The notes: generated by a model not told the origin, from the letters alone. A stretch of 64,000 nt of DNA from the human T2T-CHM13v2.0 reference genome, Homo sapiens (GCF_009914755.1 NC_060929.1); one strand, 5' to 3'. Shown: positions 29,712 to 43,110, numbered from the stretch's first letter. Numbers and translations are program-made.

Positions 29712-30520
29712 TCACTATTTGGTTTCCAGGCTCAGACAGCCACCCCTAGGGGGGTCTCCCAGGTGGGGAAGTGAAGTTGGAATTGGCCAATGAGCGTGTT
29801 CCGGGAAGGTGTTTGTGGCAGCACTCTGCATTGGAAGTGCTTTCTTGTACCATGGGCCTTTGTGACACCTCAGGGAGGGGAGCACCAGAGGACCTGGAGA
29901 TGATGCTACGGAGCTTCATTCTCTCCAGGGCCTTTGGTCTTGCTCAGCTCTGGAGGCCTCAGTACAGAAATGGGGCCTCGGATGGAGAGCAGGCTGAGGA
30001 GTTTGCTCCTCACAGCAAAACAGGGCCACCGGCTTCTGAAAGCCCCTGGAGGCTCCAAGTCCCTGGAGTGCAGGCAGGAGGGTGTTCAAAAGGTGTGGCA
30101 TCTCCAAAAACCAGTGCCTTTGACTTCAGAGCTGGCATTCAGTTCCTGCCACAGTCAACACTTGCCTTTCTGGGAGTTCTCGAGGTTGGAGGTAAGAACA
30201 GGGTCTGCTCTTGAAGTTCCTCTTAGCAGTGGCTTTGAGGTCAGACAGAGCAGGTTTGGGTCCTGGCTCTGTGGCTTACTCACTGCGGGACCTTGGACAT
30301 AGCCCTCCGTCCTTTGCACTTCAAGTCCCTCATCTGTCACTGGACCCAGTACTCCCACATGGGAGGATTTATCTATGTAAGACACTTAGAGGAAGAGCTT
30401 GGTATGTGATAGCGGCTACCTCTTTTGTTATGATTGCTGTTATTGTTATTGAGGCAAGCATCACGCTCTTGGTAAAGGCTAGGAACCATTAGACTAAAAT
30501 TCTTTCTCAAAGAAGTAGTG

Positions 30521-30830
30521 GGCTGGGAGCGGTGGCTCATGCCTGTAATCCCAGCACTTTGGGAGGCCGAGACGGGTGGATCCTCTGAGGTCAGGAGTTC
30601 GAGACCAGCCTAGCCAACATGGTGAAACCCCGTATCTACTAAAAATACAAAAATTAGCCAGGCATAGTGGTGCACACCTGTAATCTCAGCTACTCGGGAG
30701 GCTGAGGCAGGAGACTCGCTGGAACCCCGGAGGTGGAGGTTGCAGTGAGCCGAGATGGTGCCGAGCACTAACAGCCTGGGCAACAGAGCGAGACTCCGTC
30801 TCAAGAAAAAAAAAAAGAGAGAGAGAGAGA
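30521..30830 (+). mobile_element. AluSx-like
   Basis: Full dimer; A/(GA)n tail; decayed TSD aagaagtagtgg / aagaaataatgg. Confidence 0.95.
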
Positions 30831-31178
30831 AGAAATAATGGCAACGGCTTTCAGCAATCACAGTATCAGTATCTAGGCTTCTGGTGGCAGATGCAACAAC
30901 CCGTGAACACCTTTTTGGATAGGGGACCAGCCTCTTGAGTTTGGCCTTATTTGGGGTCTATGGAAACAAATAATAAACCCTTTATAATAAATAATAGTAA
31001 ACAAAATGAAGGCTGATATTTTTTGAAAGTTTAATATACACCAGGCACTGTGCTAAGTGCTTCCTAATTACTAATTCTTTTAATCTTTTGAACAGCAGTA
31101 TACATATGTTCTTATTAACTCTGTTTTACAGGTGAGGAAATGGAGGCATGGTGAGGTGAAGTGATGTGCTCCAGGATA

Positions 31179-31701
31179 CTGTTTAGTCATCTGTTGCTGT
31201 GTATTAAATTTATAGCAACTTGGCAACTTACAACAACAAACACTTATTATCTCATAGTTTCTGTGGGTCAGGAATTGGAGAATGGAACCGCTGGGTGGCT
31301 CTGGGCCAGGGGCTGCCATGAGGCTGTCGTCAGGATGTCGGCTGGTGCCACAGGCATCTGGAGGCTTGGTGGAGCTGAAGACCTGTGTCCAGGATGGTTC
31401 ACTCACACGGCTGCTGGCAAGAGGCCTCAGGGCTTTGTTTTCTGTCGACGGGACCCTCTCCTTGGGCTTGCTTGAGCATCCTCATGACATGGCAACTCTT
31501 TCCCCAGAGTGCGTGATCCAAGACAGACAGCAAAGTCAAAGCTTTGGACCTAGTCTTGGGAGTCACATGCCATCATTTCCACTTTATTCTGTTTGCTAGA
31601 AGTGGATCACTAAATCCAGCAGACACCCAAAGGAAGGAGAACTAAGTTTTAACTTTTGAAGGAAGTGTTAAAGAATGCATGGACACATTTTAACACCACC
31701 G
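31179..31701 (-). mobile_element. MaLR solo LTR (MLT1F-like) inserted in a MIR
   Basis: ttattatctcatagtttctgtgggtcaggaatt...cttgagcatcctcatgacatggca...aagaatgcatggacacatttt; MIR pieces on both flanks. Confidence 0.85.
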
Positions 31702-32054
31702 TAGTCATGGACCTAGTAAGATTTCTTGCTAGGATTTAAAGCTAAGTCATCTTGGTCCAGAAGCCTGGGGTCCTCCTGCTGCCTCGACAGGCCACCTTAT
31801 ACCCTCAGGAGTGATGTGACATTGTTGGTCAGTCTCAGATGTAAACAGGCATCACCTGAGGGTGACTGGAGCATCCAGAATCAGGGATGAGCTGCACCTG
31901 ACCTAGAACTTAGGATGTGTTTTTACTGGAAAACTGATGGGTCAGAGAGGGGCCTGAGTGGCTAAGGTTATCAGCTGTCCTCTGCTCACCTGTTGTCAGG
32001 GAACACTGAGGACCACCATCACTCAGAGTGTCAGGAGTGAAGGGTGGGGGGTCC

Positions 32055-32056
<2 letters not shown>

Positions 32057-32098
<42 letters not shown>
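32057..32098. repeat. (GT)21 microsatellite
   Basis: Pure GT run. Confidence 0.98.
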
Positions 32099-32099
<1 letters not shown>

Positions 32100-33052
32100 G
32101 TAGGCAGCAGGCATAGGGACTGTGCAGGACCTTGAAGGCTTTGGTAAGGAGTATGGGTTTCAAACTGTGGGCAGGTGGAGCCAGCATAGGGATTCAAGCA
32201 AAGGAGTGACGAGGTCAGAGGCAACCTCTAGACAGGGCTGCAGGGTGGAGAGAGGTGAGCAGCTGAGGCTGGGCACCAGGTGGTGGGTCCAGGACACCAT
32301 GGCCAGGTCTGGTCCTGAGAATGGAGAGGAGGCCTATGGAGAAGACTGTTGCTGGGATTTGGGGTCAAATTGGCCTTGAGGTAGACGAGGAAGAGAAGCA
32401 TCCAGGGTGACACCTGCTTCATTAGGTGCAAGTCATGGCCAGGTGCTGGTGCCCTTGTGAGAAGAGGACTTAGAAGCAGAAGGAGCTGGATGGGGGAGGA
32501 TGAAGAGTCCAGCTTTGAGGCTCCTAAGTGAGCTGCCTGGAGTTCATTCATGGGAGAGGACCAGAGCACTTGACTATTTGTGTCTCGAGCTCAGTAGAGT
32601 CAGGGCTGGGGAGCAAGTCTGGGGAGGCATTGGTACCCTTGTGGACTAGGGAACTGAGCAAGGTCTGTGGGGAAAGAGAGACTTGAACTTTAAATCTTCT
32701 CTGAGCCTCATCTTTCTCAGCTGTAAGTTGGGGATAAGCATTATTCTGAAAACCATGAATGTATAGTGTATGCAGAGGGCTGTAGCATACCACTCAGATC
32801 CATTCTGAGTCCTCTCCTCATACCAGAACGCCCAGGGAATTGGGAGGAATGTGGGTTCCCCTAGGGAAGCAGAGGAAGCTAGAATTAGGGGGCTTCCCTC
32901 CAGAACTAGATTATGGGTGTATCTGATTCTTGCCAAAAACAAGGCCCTGCTCCCACCAGTTCCCAGAGCCTGGCTGTGACTCATTTCTTCTGCCTTTGTT
33001 TTGACTGGTGCCTGATGCAACCTGGCTCTGCAATGATGCAGATGCTGATGCT

Positions 33053-33065
33053 GTTGCTAGGCAAC
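33053..33065. promoter_or_regulatory. RFX X-box motif
   Basis: GTTGCTAGGCAAC, a palindromic consensus match in non-repeat sequence; function not shown. Confidence 0.45.
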
Positions 33066-33239
33066 CGAGCTACAGCACGAATCCTGAGAGGCCTCTGTTC
33101 CGCTCACCCCCAACCCAGGGCTGCTGACAGTGGTTGATTTGGAACTGGCTGGAAAAATTGGAGACATTCTTATGAGAGTCCACGGGTATGTTAGGGCAAG
33201 GAGTGCATATGTGTGTGATGGTGAGAGAAAGGCAGCAAC

Positions 33240-33480
33240 GATAACAACTTCCACTTACTGGGGGCTTGTTCTGTGCCAGTCACTGCATGAATTAACACAT
33301 TTCATTTTGTATAACATATAGCAGCCTCAGGAGGCATGTTCTAAACTCTTCCCATTTTACAGACAAGAAACCCAGGACTTAGAGAGGAAAGGGGGCTTAT
33401 CCAAGTCCACTTAAATATGAAGTGGTAAGGCTGAGAGGGAAACCTAGGCCTGTCTGATTCCAGGGCTCCAGAGAGCACAA
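33240..33480 (-). mobile_element. MIR SINE
   Basis: cccattttacagacaagaaacccaggacttagagagg. Confidence 0.75.
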
Positions 33481-34140
33481 GGAATTTGGCTTTGATTTCT
33501 TCTCTGCTCCATCCATTGTCCACTGCAACACGTTCTCTGCAACACAACCAGGGGTTTGTTTGGAAAACATGAAGCAAATCATGTTGTCCTCCAGCCATGG
33601 CTCACCCTCGGGCATCACACTCCTTCCTCTCCATGCCCTCATTCCTTCTTTGCTGTTTCTCCTTCCTTTTCTCTGAGTGTCATGATCTTCTTGCTTCAGA
33701 GCAGGTGACTTCCTCACCTTGACCTTGGTCGTTCTCCCCCCTCCTTCAGGTGTCAGTTCAGATCCCCCTCATCCCCGCAGCCCACCTTCCTACCCTGAAG
33801 CCATGGGGTATTTCTTCTCCCAGGACCCCATCCACCACCCTCTGCCATTCACAGGGCTTTCCTCTATCAGGCGCTGGGTTCCAGTCTTGTTCGCCCCATT
33901 ATCTACCCCAACACCTGGCCCAGGATCTGGCACACAGGAGAGGGGAGAGGCCGTTTAGTACTTTTTCAATGAATGAGGATCTGAAAAGTGAACGTTAGAA
34001 TTTGTGAAGTGAGCCTTCTGGGGTCTTTGGTCTTACATTGATTTGAGAGGAAGCAGCTCACTAATATTTCTCTGTCTCTATTCTGGGCCAGACATTTAGC
34101 TGAGGGTTTATTGCATGTTACTAAATAAGTGCTCTGGCCT

Positions 34141-34404
34141 TGCAAACAGCCCATCCTGCAGGTGAGGAATCTGTGCAAACAGCCCATCCTGCAGGTGAGG
34201 AATCTGTGCAAACAGCCCATCCTGCCAGTGAGGAATCTGTGCAAACAGCCCAACCTGCAGGTGAGGAGTCTGTGCAAACAGCCCATCCTGCAGGTGAGGA
34301 GTCTGTGCAAACAGCCCATCCTGCAGGTGAGGAGTCTGTGCAAACAGCCCATCCTGCAGGTTAGGATCCTGTGCAAACAGCCCATCCTGCAGGTGAGGAA
34401 CCTG
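34141..34404. repeat. Minisatellite, 8 x 33 bp (tgcaaacagcccatcctgcaggtgaggaRtctg), MIR-derived
   Basis: Units start at 34141, 34174, 34207, 34240, 34273, 34306, 34339 and 34372; the last unit runs into the MIR core aggctcagaga...aagtgacttgccc. Confidence 0.97.
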
Positions 34405-35289
34405 AGGCTCAGAGACCGGAAGTGACTTGCCCCAGGTGGCACAGCTTGTGATCATGGTGCCAGGATCCAAGCCCGAGTCCACCAGTGCCATGGCTCTGCT
34501 AGGAAGCCCCAGGTCTCTTTGAAGGGCAGTTAAAATAAAACTGCACAGAAATAAGAGCCTTGACATATTCTCATTTCCACAGTGTTCACAGACACCTTCA
34601 GTTTGGAGACAACACCTGCCAGAGAATGAAAAGGCCAACCAGATGAGAGGGTGGGTGCAGGGGTGTGTGGAGAACCATGGGGGAGAGGAGTTATGGGAAA
34701 AGCAGGTAGAGTGAGCTGTAGCCCTGCCCAGCATGGGTCTGGCCTCTGCCCAGGACACCAGGAGCCTCCTCCTCCCTGCACCATGCTCAGCAGGACCACC
34801 GACCCCAAACCAAGCCCCTACCAAAATACATTGCTCCTTCATAGGTCAAGGAACTGGCACCACTGCCTTCACCTCTGCACCCTCAGCAGGCTGGCCACTC
34901 TGACCCTGCACCCCGAGGAGCTGGGCAGAGTGTCCCAAGGCTGAGAGGAGCTGTGGCCCCTCTGGACTGCAGTAGCTCTTCTCAGGAAGAGGGGCAGGAG
35001 ACACTTGAAGAAGGAAGGCAGAGAGCTCTAAACACAGACTGGAGGGTGGGCAGGGAGGGCAGGGGCAGGCATTGGGGCAGGGCAGGGCACCTCAGGGGCA
35101 GGCAGGGGAGACCACCTCTCCCTCTCCAGGGTAGCAACAGAGTGACTTCCTCCACCTATGACCTCTGCAGTCTTATTTTCTTTTCACAAAAGTGAGGCTT
35201 ATTACCTCCACATTACAGAGGACCTGGAGTCTCATTCATTCATTTATTCATTCATCCAACAGGTTTTATTGAGCACCAGTTAAGCACTA

Positions 35290-35980
35290 GGCATCTCCAC
35301 TTGGATGCCTAACTGGCACTGAAACCTCCCTAACCTCTTCCTTTCTCAGTCTTCCCATCTCCCTCGGTAACTCCCTGTTCACCCCTGAGGACAGCCCTTC
35401 GCTATTCTCTTCCACATCTTACACTTCCGTGCCTTCCTACTTCCTCCACTTCTGACATATGGACAGACCAGATTCACTTCTTCCCAACTCTACTACCCCC
35501 TCCCTGGTCTCAGTGGCCCTTCTGTGCCAGGGTGTGGGCATTAGTCTCCTGATTGGTTCCCTGCTCCCCTTCTCCCCTTTATAAATCACACATTGGATCA
35601 TGTCCAGCTTCTGATTCAAAATTTCCATGGCTTCCTGGAGGACCTTGAAGGACGTGCTGTTCCTACCCAATACTACTTGCCTGAGATGAATTGCCCTCTG
35701 CCCACCTCTCTCCACCCTCATACCTGTCACAGGCCCTTTGCTTTTGTGTCCTTTGTGTTCCCCATTTTTGCATGGCTGACATTCATGCCTCAGCTCATGT
35801 CACTATCTATGTGGGGTTCACCCCTCTCCTAGTCACTCTCTGTCACATCACCCTATTTTATTAATTGGTAACATTTATTTTCCTGTTTATTATTTTTCCT
35901 CCCCATGATACTGTAATCTCTATGAAAGCAGGAATTAGTCCTGTTTATAGCACCTGGAACAATGCCAGGCACTGTGCTGG
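35290..35980 (+). mobile_element. L2 fragment
   Basis: atctccacttggatgcctaac, tagtctcctgattgg, ctctatgaaagcagg...cacctggaacaatgcc. Confidence 0.75.
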
Positions 35981-36092
35981 CAGGGCTGATACACTGCAAA
36001 CCCCAGGGAGCACAATTCATCCCAAAGTTTGCATGAAGGATGCTCTGGAATAGAGCAGCGCACAACTTACGTAGCTGTACATGGAAGACCTG
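35981..36092. mobile_element. MER91-like (hAT-Tip100) MITE
   Basis: cagggctg...gcacaacttacgtagctgtacatggaagacctg termini. Confidence 0.5.
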
Positions 36093-38404
36093 AGGACACA
36101 GTTGTGAGCAAGATAGAAACAGTTCCTGATCTCACAGAGGTTTCAAGGGCTTAGCTCAACAATTTGAGCCTTTTATAAGAGTAAGTGCCAGATACTGTCA
36201 TACAATTCACATTTTTCCTAACAAAAGCCACCATTTTACAGATTATGAAATTTTACATTTTACAGAATATGAAACTGAGGCTCAAAGAAGTAAAATGATC
36301 TACCTTAAGCTTACCCACCTGGTAAGAGGCAGAACCAGGACACAGACACACTTCAATCTGGTAGCAAAGTCTAGGTCCTCAGAGATGCATGATACAGATG
36401 GTCCCTGTCCCATGGAGCTCTCTGTCTTCTTGGGACAAGGACCTAGTATTTATTGTGCACTTAGCATGTGCCTATCATGATGACAAACAGTTATGTGTAT
36501 TTTTTCTTCTCATGTTTAAAATCTCACATCAATTGGAGATAGAGACTCAAAGAGGAAAAGAGGCTTCCCCAGAGTCGCAGATGTGGAGTCAGAGCCTGGG
36601 ACGGGGACCAAAAATCGTCTGAGTCTCAAGTTCTTTCCACTTCATGGCACTGACCAGGAATGATGGTAGTTGAATGTGGCAGCTGCTGTAATTGAGGAAT
36701 GAACTGGATGCTGAGGAGGGGAGAGGAGAATGTTTTGCTCTGTTCAGAGAGGGACAAGGGTCACCAAGAATGGCCTGGAAGCAGAAGCAGGAAGAGTTCC
36801 CAGCAAGCCAGGGCATCTCAGAGGGTGGGCCTGGAGAACTGAACTCCATACTTGGGGCCATCACCAGAAGTGGCCCTGGGGCCATAACCCTGGCCTCTTG
36901 ACCCTTTCCCTAGCCCAGAACCCTGGATGATTTTGACTTTCTTCTCTCCCACCCTGACGACCAACGGAGACATTCGCTAGACATCAGATAGAATTCAAAG
37001 GGAGGGTGATTTTCCCGTTGAACTTAGCCACACTAAAAATTGCTGGTGAACTAAAAGAAATGCAAAAATGGACCCAGTTTTTCTAGATGTTCCATCATCT
37101 AAATGAAGATCCCTGAAATGTCAGTGGCTTGAGAGAAAGGGGTTACTTGGAAGACTCAGCCTCCAAAGGTCTTAACTGCATGTCAAGATTGCTCTCCTGA
37201 GAGATTGTAGGTTTCATGCTGGGATTCCTCCCCTAATGAGATTTTTAATCATCCCCTCCACAGAAGCCCCAGCTGCCTTCCTCCATCCGTCTCAACAAAT
37301 GGCACCATCTTCCCCCTTTTGCTTATAACCGGGAGCTGGGAGTATTCACGTCTCTTTCATCCAGCATATTCCCCGCATCCGCCTAATCACCAAGTTCTGT
37401 TAATTCTGTCTCCCCATAAATCCCAGGCCTGTGCACGGCCCTCCACTTCCCAGGTGTGCCTACCCACAAGGTTTTTTCCAGCATGTGATGCAGCTGATAC
37501 ACAGCTAGCTGTAATTCCAGGAGGGCACTTCTGTAAGGGAGCTGTGGGTGTGAGGAGGAGAGAACCACTAGCTCTTTCTGGACTGGGACAAAAGGGTGAC
37601 ATTGGAGCTGAGCCTAGAAGGCTGGCTGAGGAGGTGGTCACAAAGCCTACAAAAGAACTGCTGACCAAGGGCCTCAGGAAGTTCTGGAATGTGCTCAGGG
37701 GCTCTGGAAGGGCAGTTTTCCAACGGACCTTTTAGTGTTCAGTTCTACAAACAGAACCGACCCCATCCCAGGTGCCATCTACCCCAACTCAATGCCTTTG
37801 CCCTGGGCAGGCAGAGATGGCACAGTCTGAATAGGGCTTGACAAAAGGGAAGAGGGGATGAGGGATGCTCCAATTTTTGCATCTGTACAGTGGATGGAAT
37901 CACCCTCCCCATCAGATCTGTGAGAGGGTTAATTAGGGTCATGGCTGACTGCAGCCTGCCATGGGAGGGGAGGACAGGGAGGGGACAGAGCTAGAACTCA
38001 GGGCCAGGGTGTATGTATAGCAGGCTTTCCCTACCGTGGGGGGGGTGGTGGGCTTGGGAGTCTGACTGCTGGGACTCGAATCCCTCCCACCATTGACTAG
38101 TGGGGCCCTCAGGTGAATTGATTATCCTGATGTGCCCCACCATTTGTCAAGTCATATACAGCAAATGATCAAATTTATTAGTCACCCTAGGGAAAGAAGA
38201 TGAGTTTGCTCATAGTTGGGGACTGACTATGTCCAGTGCTGAGGGCATCAAGGCTATCTCAGCACACACCTCATCCAATAGGAGCACCTTGCGGGGAAGC
38301 ATAACATAACCTCTGTGAGCCCCAATTTTCTTATCTGTATAATGGAGATGATGATAAAAATAGCACTATTCTAGAGTTGTGGTGGGGATAAAATGAGAAA
38401 ATCA

Positions 38405-38725
38405 GGCCTGGCATGGTGGCTTATGCCTATAATCCCAGCACTCTGGGAGGTCGAGGTGGGTGGATCACGAGGTCAGCAGTTCGAGACCAGCCTGACCAAC
38501 ATAGTGAAACCCCGTCTCTACTAAAAATACAAAAATTAGCCAGGCGTGGTGAAACACAACTATAATTCCAGCTACTCAGGAGGCTGAGGCAGGAGAATTG
38601 TTTGCACCCAGGAGGTGGAGGTTGCAGTGAGCAGAGATCGTGCTACTGCACTCCAGCCTGGGTTACAGAGCAAGAATCTGTCTCAAAAAAAAAAAAAAAA
38701 AGAAAAGAAAGAAAGAGAGAGAGAG
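38405..38725 (+). mobile_element. AluSg-like, inserted in a MIR
   Basis: ggatcacgaggtcagcagttcgagaccagcc; TSD gagaaaat at 38395-38402 and 38725-38732. Confidence 0.93.
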
Positions 38726-39384
38726 AGAAAATTGATGCCAAGTGCTTCCTCCATAAGAAGAACTCAATGCACATTCACTATTCTTCTTGTCTATTCTCTC
38801 CCCTTGCTTTGCTACTGAAACCAGTCCATTTCCTGCCCTGCTCTGCCTTCAGTCAGCTGCTGATGACTCCCAAGAGTGCCCTCACCAAATGACCCAGCCT
38901 CTCTCTGTTTCAGGGAATGACAGAATGTGACTTCTGGTTCATGCATCCATCTCTGGCAAGTCTGACAGATTCTGAGCCCAGTCAACTCCAGGGGCCCTCG
39001 CCAAGTTGTATTTCTGGTCTGGCCAAGCTGAGGCATAGCTCTTGACCACGGTGGTTACATCAAGCATGGAGGGAGATACACACGTGCACCCACATACACA
39101 TGTGTACATACACACATGGGAATGGCAGAGAGAAATACACACATGCTTACATACAGTGGGGAGAGAGAAAAGTGAGATTATTTACTAAGTGGTAGACTCT
39201 GTACATGATCTTACTTGATTCTTACAATAATCATGTGGGGTTGCTACTATTATTAACACTGTTTTATTAATAGATGTGGAAGCTGAAACTGTGCTAGGGA
39301 AAGCTACTTGCCTTTAATCACACAGCTGCCAAGAGACAAAGAGAGTTGACACCCACATCTGTGTGGCTTCTGAATTGCGGGGTT

Positions 39385-39490
39385 ATCCATCTATCTATCC
39401 ATATGTCCATCCATCCATCCATCCACCCTTCCATCCATCCATCCATCCATCCATCCATCCATCCATCCATCCATCCTCCATCCATCCAAC
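39385..39490. repeat. (CCAT)n microsatellite
   Basis: Directly visible. Confidence 0.95.
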
Positions 39491-40329
39491 ATTAACCAAA
39501 GCCATGCCAGTGCCCATAAACCCTTGGTGAAGGGGCCTCTGTTTCTCCCTCACCTCCTCCACTCGTACCTTTCCTTCTTGGGCTAAAGCTGCTCAGCTTC
39601 TTTCTGGTTCCTCCAAGGGGCCCCTCAATTCCCTGTCTCAGAGACTTCATCTAGGCTGTGCTGCCTGACAGAAGCACACTTCACCTAGCTGATGGCTTCT
39701 CCTATTTCAGGTTCCAGCTTCCGTGTCCACTCTCAGAGAGGCCACCCTGATTACCCTTTCTAAAGTAGGTGCTTTCTCATTATTTCTGTCACCAAATCAG
39801 GTTAACTTTCTTCCCAGCTATTGTCACAGCAGCAATTAAGTTTAATAATTTAATATTCAGTAATAACAATATGAATGAACACTTACTGAGTGCTTGCTGT
39901 GTGTCAGACACTGTTGGTTACTCCATGTAGACCTCATAACAACCTGATGGTTATTATCATCTCCATTTTATAGAGGAAGAAATGAGGCTCTGAGAACTTA
40001 CCTTCATTCATTTGTTTACGAGATTATTATTCTTCTTTCCAGCTATACTGTAATCTTCATGAAGGCACAGCTGTTGACTAGCCCACAATAGGTGCAGATC
40101 ACATATTTGTTGAAAGAATGAATTCCAGGCTCTGTGGGACAGTTGGAGAAAAATGAGACATGACAGGCTTAGGAAGAGAGAAAAATGGTCTCAGAACCAC
40201 ACAGCCAGTACTGTAAAAGGAACCTGTATAACATATCAATGGAGTCCAGAGAGGGAAAGATTCACGATGTCAGGGGGGATCTTGCAGGGCCTTACAGAAG
40301 ACAAAAAATTTGAGCTGGATTACAAAAAA

Positions 40330-43110
40330 ACTTTAGTGAGTTATAATTTATGTACAATACATTGCACCCATTAAAAAATGTAAAATTCAATGAGTTTTGA
40401 CAGAATTATACAGCCATGAATATACATACAGTAACATTCACCTGTTTTAGTACACAGTTCTGCAAATTTTAACAAATGTATATAATTATATAATGCTGCT
40501 AAGATTATCAAGATAGACAAGCAAGATATAGAACAGTTCCATTAATCACTCCTCAAATTCCTCCATCCTTCTTGTAGTCAATCTGTGTCCCACCCTCAGC
40601 CCCTGGAAACTATGAATGTGTTTTCTGTCCTTATAGGTTTTGTATTTTCCAGGATAACATGTAAATAGAATTATACGGTATATAGCCTTATGAGTCTAGC
40701 TTCTTTCAGTTAGCATTATAAATTTAAGATTCATTCATGCTGTGGAATCTCAACCATCTATCAATAGTTAGCTGTTTTTTATTTCTGAGTAGTATTTCAC
40801 TGTATGGACATCTCAGAGTTTGTTCATTCACTCACCAGTTGAAGAATATTTAGGGTTGTGTCTAGATTTTGTTGATTGAAAATAAAGCCACTAAGGCATT
40901 TACACACACATTTCATTTCACTTATGTAAATACCTAGAAATAAATTGGCTGGGTCCTGTGATGAGTGTATGTTTGACTTTATAGGAAGCTACCGACCTAT
41001 TTTCACAGTGACTGTGACATTTCACATTCTTATCAGTAATATGTAAGAATTCCAGTTGTTCCTCATCTGCACCAATATTTAGTATTATTGTAAGTTCACA
41101 ATATTTTTAATGTTATATTCTAATAGGTGTGTGGTGGTATCTCATTTTGGCTTTAATTTGCATTCCCCTTATGTAAATTCTTACATGCTTTTTCTTGGAT
41201 TATTTGTTTTCTTATCAGTGAATTTTGAGAGTTGTTTAGATATTCTGAATACAAGTTCCTCATCAGATATGTGATTTGCAAATAATTTTTTCCAATCTGT
41301 GGCTTGTCTTTTAATTCTTTTAATAGTTTTAAAGAGTAGAAGTATCTATCTTCTAAAATTATGTTGCTCAATTCTCAATATTAAATTGTTTGTAGTAGAA
41401 GGACCTTACTACAGTATACTCCCAATTCTTCTCTCCCATCCTTTGTGCTACTGTTGCTGTAAATTTTACTTTTATACATATTATAAACACACAATACATT
41501 GCTACTCTTGTTGCTCTAGTCAGTTGTCATTTGATGCAGGTAAAAATAAAAAAAAAACCTGATTTTTATATTTAACTTTGTTTCTACTTCCAGTGTTTGT
41601 TCATTTTGTTTTGTTGTAGCTCCAAATTTCTGTCTGGTATCGTATTTCTTCTGCCTGATGAAGTTCTTTTAACTATTTTTTGGTAATGTAAGTCACCCAG
41701 CTGTGAGTTCTCTCTCCTTTTGTTTGTCTGAAAAACCTTATTTTTCTTTCATTTTTGAAAAATATATTTGCTGGGTATAAAATTCTGTGTTGACAGCATT
41801 TTTATTTCAGCTCTTTTTAACACCACCCCATTATCTTCTGGATTGCATAGTTTCTATTGAGAAGTCTGCAATGAGTTATTCTTATCTCTTTCCTCTCTAG
41901 CTACCATACATAAATTGCCTTTTTCTTGTTCATTTGTTTAGTTTTGTTTACTTGTTTAATTTGGTTACTCAGGTTTTTCTCAGAATACACATTGTCTTTT
42001 TCTTAAGTTTTTAGCAGTTTGAATACAGTATGCCCAGTGTCTGGATGTGATAAATTCAAGAAAAACATTTTTTTTTCAGGTTGCCTAAAATTTTGTTGTT
42101 TTTATAAAGGTGAGAGAAATGTTCTTTCTAGCTTTATGAATTCTAAGCTAAAGCTATAAGTTCATCATTACCTAACAAGTGTATTTTAGATTTCAGACAT
42201 GCTATTTTTCAGGTGTTGATTTTCCATTTGGTAAACACGCACATACAGACACATCTATTTCTCTGATCGTGTTCCCTATCTTTTTATTCATTGGTATATT
42301 TTCTTCACCTCCCTGAGCAAAATTAGAATTTTAAAAAATAATGAAAACATCAGAGTCATCTTGTGGTTTACCATTGTTGATTTTTCTTTTCTATTGCAAA
42401 AGAGTCAAATTTTCCTAGTTCTTCATATGGTGAGTTATTTTGATTTTATCCTGAACATTTTGATTATTATGGAATAATAAACTCTGGAATATAACAGGAA
42501 CTCTGGCTTTCTTTTATACTCCCCCCAAGAATGTTAATGTTTTTGTTTTAGCAGACAGTTAGATTCCAACTGTGGTCTCTCGCTTGCATGCAGTGGATGG
42601 TAGCTGGATTCCCAAGATAAATTCCCAGATAAATTCCCAGATCTGGATTTAATCCTTATTTGGGCTACTTTGAGTGTGTCCCATGCATACATGGTTCAGG
42701 GGGTTGGCCAGATACTTGGACAAAGTTTATACATTGAACCTGGGTCTCCCCATTCTCTATGTCTTTCCTTTCCTGGATCCTCAATCCCTTCCTTAGTTTC
42801 TGGTGGCTGTGGCCATGCTAACCTCTATCCTCTTTTACTGCAGAAAGATTATATGTTTCCTATCAGAGCTTCAGCGCCTTACACCACTCTGAGATTACAG
42901 CCCTCCCTCAGACAAAGCTGCAAAACTGGGAACTCACCCGATTCCAGTCCTTTCAGCATTTTGGCTTCCCTCCAAAATTTGCCTGCTTTTAATTACTCTC
43001 TAGAGTCTTTAATGTAGTTGCTTTTTATATTCTGTCCATAGTTTATAGTTATTATTTCTGGGAGGATTGATGTCTGCTAGGACTTAACTCACCATACTGT
43101 AAGCAGAATT
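40330..43110 (-). mobile_element. Old L1M fragments (3' UTR at 40330-41330; more 5' L1 sequence at 41400-43110)
   Basis: aaaattcaatgagttttgaca, gtggtatctcattttggctttaatttgcatt, tttgctgggtataaaattct...gagaagtctgc. Confidence 0.75.

Noticed and set aside
34141-34404. 33-bp repeats as a CRISPR array or repeat protein
   Set aside because: Units are head-to-tail with no spacers, the context is primate, and the ORFs are open only because 33 is a multiple of 3.
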